Part shown: positions 57,541-64,000 of the stretch, in pieces | Numbering within the stretch: position 1 is the first letter of the stretch | Layout: each line of letters opens with the position of its first letter | From: an uncultured Planctomycetales bacterium | Lineage (GTDB): Bacteria > Omnitrophota > Gorgyraeia > Gygaellales > Profunditerraquicolaceae | Length of the DNA: 64,000 bases | Assembly (NCBI GenBank): GCA_964603585.1 | Contig: CAZRVK010000001.1 | Coordinates: 207,856 to 271,855, forward strand | Reading direction: 5' to 3' | The notes under the pieces: generated by a model | What the model was told of the DNA's origin: nothing | The model's input: only the letters and a program-made list of their open reading frames with translations | Databases searched by the model: none | Made by a program: the position numbers and the translations under genes

Positions 57541-58982
57541 TCCCTAACCACCTCGCTATCATTAAAATGGATCTTTCCATTAGAAAATATCTGGTAATCC
57601 TCATGGCCTTTACCGGCAACCAGAACAATGTCTCCGGGGATCGCCCAGGCCAATGATTCCCTGATCGCTTCGCGGCGGTCAAGAATAACGCGATAATTAT
57701 TCTTAACCATCCCCCGTTTTATATCCTCAATGATTGCCAGCGGATCCTCATTCCTTGGATTATCAGCAGTAATGATTACATGGTCGGCCAATTGGGAAAC
57801 GACCCTGCCCATATTCGGCCTCTTGCTTTTATCCCGGTTGCCTCCACAGCCAAAAACCACAGCCAGCCTTTTTTTTGTTAACTCTCGCAAAGTTGTGATT
57901 ACATTATAAAGGGCATCTTCTGTGTGCGCGTAATCCACAAAAACATTGATCCCCCTTTTGTTTTCTACCGGTTCCAGCCTGCCGGGAACAAAGTTGAATC
58001 TTTCCAGCGCCCGTTTTATCAACTGCAGATCAAACCCGGCATTTACTCCCCAGGCAACCACTGCCAATAGATTATAGACATTATGCCTTCCAATAAGCTT
58101 GACCTTGAACGGTATTTCCTGGCGCATAGATCTTAGCACAAACTCCGTATGGCCGGCATCAAACAATATGTCTTTGGCCAGGAAATCCACATTATATTTT
58201 ATTCCATAAGTAATCGTCTTGGCCGGGCAACTCCTGAACAACCTTTTGCCATACTCGTCATCGGCATTCACAACCGCAAAGGCACCTCGATCCAAAGTGG
58301 AAAATAATTTCGCTTTTGCCGCAAAATAGCTTTCCATATCATGGTGATAATCCAAATGGTCCTGGGTCAGGTTTGTAAAAATTGCGGAGTGATACTTTAC
58401 CCCGGATACCCTTTCTTGTTCCAAGGCATGCGACGAAACCTCCATCACTGCATATTCCGATCCATGGTCCAATATCTCCTTTAAAAGCATCTGTAAGGAA
58501 TCCGGCCCGGGAGTGGTATTGACGGAAGAAATGACCTTGTCTTTAAAACGATAATTGATCGTTCCAATAACACCATTAATAACCCCTGCCTCTTGCAGTA
58601 AAGCTTCGATCAAATAGGTTATCGTGGTCTTACCGTTGGTACCAGTTATTCCCACCACCTTTAAGGATTGCGAAGGATTGCCATAAAAACCTGCTGAAAG
58701 CACTCCCAAAGCCTTGTGCGTATTATCTACCGCAATAACCGGGACATCGCAGGTAAATCTTAAATCATTATCAAGCCTCTCAACCAGCACGGCCCTGGCC
58801 CCGGATTTCAATGCCTTATCGATAAAATCATGGCCATCATGATCCGCCCCCTTTAGCGCGACAAAAACAAACCCATCTTTGATCCTTCGGGAATCACAGC
58901 TTACCCCTGTTACCTCAAAATCAGGCAAAACACCCCAATTCCGGTTACTATCCAGTAATCTAAGCAGACCCAATAAATTCAT
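57528..58982 (-). CDS. murE: UDP-N-acetylmuramoyl-L-alanyl-D-glutamate--2,6-diaminopimelate ligase
   Basis: 484 aa. P-loop GTNGKTT. A DNPR motif (ADNPRNE) favours meso-DAP specificity. Confidence 0.9.
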   Translation of the reverse strand: MNLLGLLRLLDSNRNWGVLPDFEVTGVSCDSRRIKDGFVFVALKGADHDGHDFIDKALKSGARAVLVERLDNDLRFTCDVPVIAVDNTHKALGVLSAGFYGNPSQSLKVVGITGTNGKTTITYLIEALLQEAGVINGVIGTINYRFKDKVISSVNTTPGPDSLQMLLKEILDHGSEYAVMEVSSHALEQERVSGVKYHSAIFTNLTQDHLDYHHDMESYFAAKAKLFSTLDRGAFAVVNADDEYGKRLFRSCPAKTITYGIKYNVDFLAKDILFDAGHTEFVLRSMRQEIPFKVKLIGRHNVYNLLAVVAWGVNAGFDLQLIKRALERFNFVPGRLEPVENKRGINVFVDYAHTEDALYNVITTLRELTKKRLAVVFGCGGNRDKSKRPNMGRVVSQLADHVIITADNPRNEDPLAIIEDIKRGMVKNNYRVILDRREAIRESLAWAIPGDIVLVAGKGHEDYQIFSNGKIHFNDSEVVRECLT

Positions 58983-60682
58983 TATTGCCCCATTGGTAAA
59001 ACTTTTTCCTTTGATTTAAGATACCGCAAAGAATCAATAGCAACATTCTTAAAAACCGGAGCCGATACGACCCCGCCGAAATAAAATGGGCGTGGCTCGT
59101 CAATTATGACACAAATCGCAAGTACCGGGTCTTCTGCCGGGACAAACCCGATAAAAGAAGCCAGGAATTTTGAATGAGAATAAGCTCCATTAGGCTCTAT
59201 TTTCTGGGCAGTACCAGTCTTGCCGGCAACACTAATACCGTTTATCTTAGCCAGTTTACCTGTACCTACCTCGACAACACCGATCAATATTTTGCGTACA
59301 CGCGCCGCAATATCCGCAGGCATTACCTGGCGTTCGATATTAACCTGGGCCTTACCGATCAGGCGACCATCCTTACTTCTTATCTCATCGACAATATAGG
59401 GCTTCAGTAATTGCCCTCCGTTAGCGATCGCTGATACAGCCCTGGCTAACTGTAACGCTGTGACACCTACCTCATGCCCCATAGGGATTGCAGTAATTGA
59501 AGTTTTCGACCAGGACCTTGGGCTTTTGATCGAACCAGAAATCTCCCCCGGAAGATCAATACCTGTTTTTTCGCCAAACCCGAAAAGTTTGACATAATGA
59601 TAAAGCAGATTAGCCCCCAGGACCTGTGCTGCCTTACAGGTACCGATATTGCTGGATTGTTCAATCACCTCCCTAAAAGTGAGAGTCCCGTGAGGCTGAT
59701 GGTCATGAAGCACCCTGCCAGCGAACTTATAAGAACCATTCTCGCAAAAGATCTTATCTTCTTCCGACATTTTCGCTTCTGCTAAAACCCCGGATGCCGT
59801 AACGATCTTAAACACTGACCCCGGTTCAAACATATCGGCAATTGCACGGTTTCGCATACTTTCTTTAGATGCGGATTTATACTCATTCAGATCAAATGTC
59901 GGTCGGTTTGCAAGAGCCAAAACCGCCCCTGTTCTTGGGTCCATCACCACAATACTTGCCCCTTTAGCCCGGGTGGCCTTAAAAGCCTTATCCAGTTCAC
60001 GCTCGGCAAAATACTGGATCACTTCATCGATAGTCAACACTACATCATAACCGTCTTTAGGTGCAACCATTTTCCTCCAGATATCAAGTTTTTTCTGGCG
60101 TGCATCGCGTAAAAATATCGCCCAACCGGATTCCCCCTGTAAATACTTATTATACTGCGCCTCTATCCCCTCCAGTCCTACATTATCAAGCCCTGCAAAC
60201 CCAAGAACATGGCTAAAAAGATAACCGTTTGGATAACAGCGTTTGCTCTCTTTGATAAAACCGATCCCTTTTAAATGCAAATTCCGGATCTTCTCGCTTT
60301 GTGATGTAGAGATTTTACGCGCCAGCCAGACAAATGACTTTTTACGAGACAATCTTTCCTTAAGATACTCTGGAGAAAGATCTAAAATTGCCGCAAGCGA
60401 CCTGATCATTGCGGGTTTATTTTTATCCGGGATTATATTCGCCGAGGCATAGACCGAATCAACCTGCATGTTGATCGCTTGCGGATGAAAATTAGAGTCG
60501 AATATAGTCCCTCTACGGGGTTCTAACTCCACAAAAGAATTTTGTTGCTTATACGCGAGTGAGGCAAGATAACTGGAGCGGAAAAATTGTATATAGAGAA
60601 GGCGTAAAAGACAAAGAAAAAAGAAAATTAAGAAAAATATAAATACCGCATTGAACCTGCGGTGATAATTACGAATATACAC
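58982..60682 (-). CDS. ftsI: penicillin-binding protein 3-type transpeptidase FtsI
   Basis: 566 aa. N-terminal TM helix. Transpeptidase motifs SVFK (EPGSVFK), SSN and KTGTA. Confidence 0.9.
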   Translation of the reverse strand: MYIRNYHRRFNAVFIFFLIFFFLCLLRLLYIQFFRSSYLASLAYKQQNSFVELEPRRGTIFDSNFHPQAINMQVDSVYASANIIPDKNKPAMIRSLAAILDLSPEYLKERLSRKKSFVWLARKISTSQSEKIRNLHLKGIGFIKESKRCYPNGYLFSHVLGFAGLDNVGLEGIEAQYNKYLQGESGWAIFLRDARQKKLDIWRKMVAPKDGYDVVLTIDEVIQYFAERELDKAFKATRAKGASIVVMDPRTGAVLALANRPTFDLNEYKSASKESMRNRAIADMFEPGSVFKIVTASGVLAEAKMSEEDKIFCENGSYKFAGRVLHDHQPHGTLTFREVIEQSSNIGTCKAAQVLGANLLYHYVKLFGFGEKTGIDLPGEISGSIKSPRSWSKTSITAIPMGHEVGVTALQLARAVSAIANGGQLLKPYIVDEIRSKDGRLIGKAQVNIERQVMPADIAARVRKILIGVVEVGTGKLAKINGISVAGKTGTAQKIEPNGAYSHSKFLASFIGFVPAEDPVLAICVIIDEPRPFYFGGVVSAPVFKNVAIDSLRYLKSKEKVLPMGQ

Positions 60683-60707
60683 AAGTATAGAAAATTAGAG
60701 AGAAAAA

Positions 60708-61082
60708 TTAGGGTTTGATGGCACTTGCTTCAGCCTGCCGCTTAATCGTAAAAAGACGGGCAAGCGAATTTTCTTTTTTGTTATATGCACGCTGGCTAAG
60801 CTCTATATTATCCAATGGCTTTGCTAATTTAACCAACCTGTAGGTCTCCGGCATCTCATAATCCTTACCTTCCGAAAGCTTATTTCCAATGCGCACCAAA
60901 GAAGTTCTTTCTTCTATATTATACCTAAGAGCAGTATTTTTATCAAGCAAATCCTGGAAACAGGACATCTTCTTCTGACCTATATATGCCATACGGAATA
61001 TCTCCGTCTGCTGATAGACATAAAGCAAGGAGACTATAGTGATCATGGAAACAAACAACAGGAACTTGGACAATTTCATCAA
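60708..61082 (-). CDS. ftsL: FtsL-like septum-formation protein
   Basis: 124 aa. Single N-terminal TM helix followed by a coiled-coil. Sits between rsmH and ftsI. Confidence 0.5.
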   Translation of the reverse strand: MMKLSKFLLFVSMITIVSLLYVYQQTEIFRMAYIGQKKMSCFQDLLDKNTALRYNIEERTSLVRIGNKLSEGKDYEMPETYRLVKLAKPLDNIELSQRAYNKKENSLARLFTIKRQAEASAIKP

Positions 61083-61976
61083 TTACTCCTTTTGTGCAGC
61101 CCGAAACTTAGCGCTGCGGCTTAAAGGATTATCCCTTACTTCTAAAGGTTGCGGCGTCAAGGGTTTGGGAGTAAGTATCTTTATATTCTTTGCCTCTGCG
61201 TTACGCCGCAGGCACCATTTCACGATCCGGTCTTCAAGAGAATGGAAAGAAATGACGCATATCCTGGCGTCTTTAGCAAGTAAATCCAGTGCCTTGATCA
61301 AAGCAGTCTCCAATATTTCTAATTCCCGGTTAACCGCGATCCGCACTGCCTGGAAGGTACGTGTAGCCGGATGTATCCGATATGACCGGTACTTATAAGG
61401 CACAGCTTTTGCCACGATATCGGACAATTCAAGGGTAGTGGTTATTAAATGCCTTTCTCTTTCATGGACCAACGACCGCGCAATACGGTTATGCCATCTT
61501 TCCTGGCCAAAATCCCGCAATAATCCGGAAAGCTCTTCCTCATTGAGGTTATTGACCAGATCATATGCAGAAATCTGGCCTTGACGGTCCATACGCATAT
61601 CCAGCGGACCCTCGCTTTGAAAACTAAACCCTCTCTCGGGAGTCTGCAACTGGTATGATGACAGACCAAGATCAAACACTATCCCATCGACCTGCGTAAT
61701 ATTCAAACCATGCAAGGCCTCATCGATATCCGCGAAGTTTGCATGCACAAATTCGCAGGAAGAAGAAAAACTGCTCAATCTCTCTTTTGCGATAGAAAGT
61801 GATTCCTTATCACAATCAATACCGATAAGACGCCCGCCGGGAAGAATATGCTTTAAAATCTCCAAACTATGCCCTCCGGTACCCAGCGTTGCATCTACTA
61901 TTGTTTTTCCCGGAGCTAAATTTAAATATTCTACTATCTCGTTAGGCATCACTGGGATATGGTATTTTACTTGCAC
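61083..61976 (-). CDS. rsmH: 16S rRNA (cytosine1402-N4)-methyltransferase
   Basis: 297 aa. Has DATLGTGGHS and GIDCD motifs. Confidence 0.9.
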   Translation of the reverse strand: MQVKYHIPVMPNEIVEYLNLAPGKTIVDATLGTGGHSLEILKHILPGGRLIGIDCDKESLSIAKERLSSFSSSCEFVHANFADIDEALHGLNITQVDGIVFDLGLSSYQLQTPERGFSFQSEGPLDMRMDRQGQISAYDLVNNLNEEELSGLLRDFGQERWHNRIARSLVHERERHLITTTLELSDIVAKAVPYKYRSYRIHPATRTFQAVRIAVNRELEILETALIKALDLLAKDARICVISFHSLEDRIVKWCLRRNAEAKNIKILTPKPLTPQPLEVRDNPLSRSAKFRAAQKE

Positions 61977-62005
61977 GTTAAATGTTTATTATAGAATTAC
62001 CCGAT

Positions 62006-62443
62006 TTAAATGTCCATTAATTTCTCTGCAATCTGTTCAAAAGTTTTTTGGGTGTTCCCGTAAAATTCCTGCCATAAATCCTTCGCCCATATTTCAAGGC
62101 GATTAGAAACACCAACAATCACTACATCCTTTTTAATATCCGCGAAATCCTTAAGATATTGCGGGATAAGTATCCTGCCCTGCTTATCGGGAATAATCTC
62201 GGTTGCTCCTGAAAAAAATAACCGGTTAAAAGAACGGGCATCAGGTTTGGTAAAAGACATTGCCTTGAACTTATTCTCTTGCGAACGCCATTCCTCCTCG
62301 GAAAGCATAAAAAGGCATTTATCTAACCCGCGCGTTAAAAAGAATTTCTCGATAAAATTACTTTTTGACGCTTCACGGAATTTAGACGGCAATATCAAGC
62401 GCCCTTTACGGTCGATTGAATGCGAATACTCCCCGTAGAACAT
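62006..62443 (-). CDS. mraZ: transcriptional regulator MraZ
   Basis: 145 aa. Duplicated SpoVT/AbrB-like halves. N-terminus YSHSIDRKGRLILP. Confidence 0.9.
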   Translation of the reverse strand: MFYGEYSHSIDRKGRLILPSKFREASKSNFIEKFFLTRGLDKCLFMLSEEEWRSQENKFKAMSFTKPDARSFNRLFFSGATEIIPDKQGRILIPQYLKDFADIKKDVVIVGVSNRLEIWAKDLWQEFYGNTQKTFEQIAEKLMDI

Positions 62444-62458
62444 TGCTTTTTATCCTTT

Positions 62459-62485
62459 CCACTTCACTCCACTTTCAACCACTTT
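62459..62485 (-). promoter_or_regulatory. three direct AAGTGG repeats at 10-bp spacing (MraZ-box-like) in the mraZ leader
   Basis: Minus strand: aaaGTGGttgaaaGTGGagtgaaGTGGaaagg. It lies between the predicted promoter and the mraZ start. Confidence 0.45.
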
Positions 62486-62493
62486 GTAGATTG

Positions 62494-62521
62494 AGTATAT
62501 CAAAATATCTTTTTTTGTCAA
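62494..62521 (-). promoter_or_regulatory. near-consensus sigma70 promoter of the dcw cluster (TTGACA-N16-TATACT)
   Basis: Minus strand: cTTGACAaaaaaagatattttgaTATACTcaatc. The -35 is at 62516-62521 and the -10 at 62494-62499. Confidence 0.5.
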
Positions 62522-62650
62522 GATAAAAATCTTTATAAATTCATTAACCACAACAGATTGTATATATATTTATATAGATATTGATATATTGTGCCGTAAA
62601 AGTGGGGGAAAAATTATAAATTTTAAAAAGATGGCGGAATTACGCGGATT

Positions 62651-63610
62651 TTAAACTTTGGCGGGTACAGCTAACTGTTTTTTCGCCCAAATTACGTCTT
62701 TTCTAATTTGAGCGGCTAATGCATCTACAGAGGCAAATCTTCTTTCTTTACGTATCCGCTTAATGAATTGTATATCGAGATCTTTTCCGTAAATATTCTT
62801 ATGGAAATCAAAAATATGGACTTCGACATGTTTAGGATGATATTCTGCGGAGTCCCCGTAGGCGATACTGCCACGGCCAGCCTTATCTTTAGCTAATGTG
62901 GGACGGCTGCCGATATAACAAACACCCTTAAATTCATTCCCATCCAGAATAATCCTTACCAGATATATGCCACGGGAAGGAAGCACTTCATGATGCGGAT
63001 TAATATTAGCGGTAGGAAATCCCAGTTTTTTAGCCAAGGAATTGCCTTTAATCACCGTACCATATACGCTTACCGCACGAGAAAGCAATTTTTCTGCCCG
63101 GGCAATATCCCCTCTGGAGACCAGTCTGCGGATATAAGTGCTGCTCACAGCGGTTTTACCAGCCCTTATAACAGGAAAAACCTTAAGCTTAAAATCATAA
63201 ACACGGCTTAAAAAACGCATCAACCTTATATCTCCAGAAGCATTCCTGCCAAACCGGAAATTCCGTCCGATATAAACATAGCGTGCGGATATTTTGTTCA
63301 CAAGGATCCTGCGCACAAAATCTTCCGCACTCATTTTAGAAAAAGACTTATTGAACCTTACCACCACCGTCACATCAATGCCTGTCTTCTCCAAATAACT
63401 AAGCCGGTGCGATAACGAATGCAGGCTTTTCTTTTTCTGGGGATGAGGGAAAAAAGTTACTGCAATACTCGTACCATTTATTTCTATGGCCTTTTTAACC
63501 GCGCCCTCCAGGACTATGCGGTGTGCACGATGCACCCCATCAAATACACCAAGGGTAACAACCGGGGTTTTAAATTTCTTTATCTTGCATAACTGACGGA
63601 TTACTTTCAT
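62651..63610 (-). CDS. ribF: bifunctional riboflavin kinase / FMN adenylyltransferase
   Basis: 319 aa. Has GVFDGVHRAHR (nucleotidyltransferase HxGH-type) and the C-terminal riboflavin kinase domain. Confidence 0.9.
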   Translation of the reverse strand: MKVIRQLCKIKKFKTPVVTLGVFDGVHRAHRIVLEGAVKKAIEINGTSIAVTFFPHPQKKKSLHSLSHRLSYLEKTGIDVTVVVRFNKSFSKMSAEDFVRRILVNKISARYVYIGRNFRFGRNASGDIRLMRFLSRVYDFKLKVFPVIRAGKTAVSSTYIRRLVSRGDIARAEKLLSRAVSVYGTVIKGNSLAKKLGFPTANINPHHEVLPSRGIYLVRIILDGNEFKGVCYIGSRPTLAKDKAGRGSIAYGDSAEYHPKHVEVHIFDFHKNIYGKDLDIQFIKRIRKERRFASVDALAAQIRKDVIWAKKQLAVPAKV

Positions 63611-64000
63611 CCAAAACCTCTCTTACTTTATCCAAAACCATTTTCTCAACCTGTTTGATACTGCCAGAAACCGTACAACCGCTTGCCGCCTTATGCCCCC
63701 CGCCTCCGAAAAAAGCCGCAATCTTATTGACATCAACTATCCCCTGCGATCTCAAATTAACCCGCACAGAACGAGGCTCCCCCAGATTTTCCTTAAAGAT
63801 AAGCGCTACCTCCACTCCCCGGATCGCACGTGCAAAACCCAACAGCCGTTCCGCCAGATCAAAAGAAATATCTTTCTTCTTCAATAACGGTTTTTTCAGT
63901 TCAAACCAGCAAACCCGGCCGGAATAACTCCGTTTCAGCATATTCAAAGTCTTAATGAGCAATTTCATATCTTCAAAAGGATTCGATTCATACAACCGTT
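63570..64000 (-). CDS. DHH-family phosphoesterase (NrnA-like), C-terminal DHHA1 domain only; the N-terminus lies beyond the window end
   Basis: The GGGGHKAASG DHHA1 motif is present. The ORF continues to the window edge. Confidence 0.65.
   Translation of the reverse strand, partial: RLYESNPFEDMKLLIKTLNMLKRSYSGRVCWFELKKPLLKKKDISFDLAERLLGFARAIRGVEVALIFKENLGEPRSVRVNLRSQGIVDVNKIAAFFGGGGHKAASGCTVSGSIKQVEKMVLDKVREVLDESNPSVMQDKEI

Noticed and set aside
1-64000. Search for rRNA, tRNA, CRISPR arrays, IS/transposase, integrase or phage genes
   Set aside because: I found no cloverleaf-capable conserved tRNA sequence in the few intergenic gaps. I found no direct-repeat/spacer arrays. No ORF had transposase (DDE), integrase or phage structural motifs. 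The window appears to be core chromosome plus one accessory metabolic block.

Overview
The window is a 64 kb chromosomal segment from a Gram-negative-type (diderm) bacterium. By eye the GC content is moderate to low; I did not compute it. Genes are tightly packed and almost all are on the minus strand. Read from the high-coordinate end, the minus strand encodes: (i) the C-terminal part of a DHH/DHHA1 phosphoesterase, then ribF; (ii) a complete dcw cell-wall and division cluster, mraZ-rsmH-ftsL-ftsI-murE-murF-mraY-murD-ftsW-murG-[secreted HEMGH metallopeptidase]-murC-murB-ddl-ftsQ-ftsA. No ftsZ follows ftsA; yggS-proC-mtnP follow instead. The dcw cluster is preceded by a near-consensus sigma70 promoter and three 10-bp-spaced MraZ-box-like direct repeats; (iii) ileS, a dksA-like gene, lspA, lgt and rluD; (iv) an accessory lipid-type biosynthetic block of about 12 kb at 25.3-37.5 kb. 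It holds a HAD phosphatase, an arginase-fold protein, a catalytically dead KS-like protein (CLF-like), a FabG-like KR, an ACP, a FabZ-like DH, an active KS, a divergent DUF482/FemAB-like GNAT-fold gene, an alpha/beta hydrolase, a CrtI-like FAD oxidoreductase, two paired 4-TM DMT/ArnEF-like membrane proteins, a DegT-family aminotransferase and a PagL-like outer-membrane beta-barrel. This block contains the only plus-strand genes in the window and is the most likely candidate for an undescribed system; (v) dus, a small exported protein, recG, rsmD and coaD, then the housekeeping lipid cluster yceD-rpmF-plsX-fabH-fabD-fabG-acpP-fabF; (vi) leuC-[exported protein]-leuD-[88 aa protein]-leuB-asd-truA-[GT-C ArnT/PMT-like membrane protein]-rplM-rpsI; (vii) the arginine operon argC-argJ-argB-argD-argF-argG, with argG truncated at the window start. 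I recognised no rRNA, tRNA, CRISPR, transposase or phage genes. Functional calls rest on motif-level recognition of the translated ORFs and have not been checked against databases. All start-codon refinements and promoter or operator calls are read from the sequence and are unverified.
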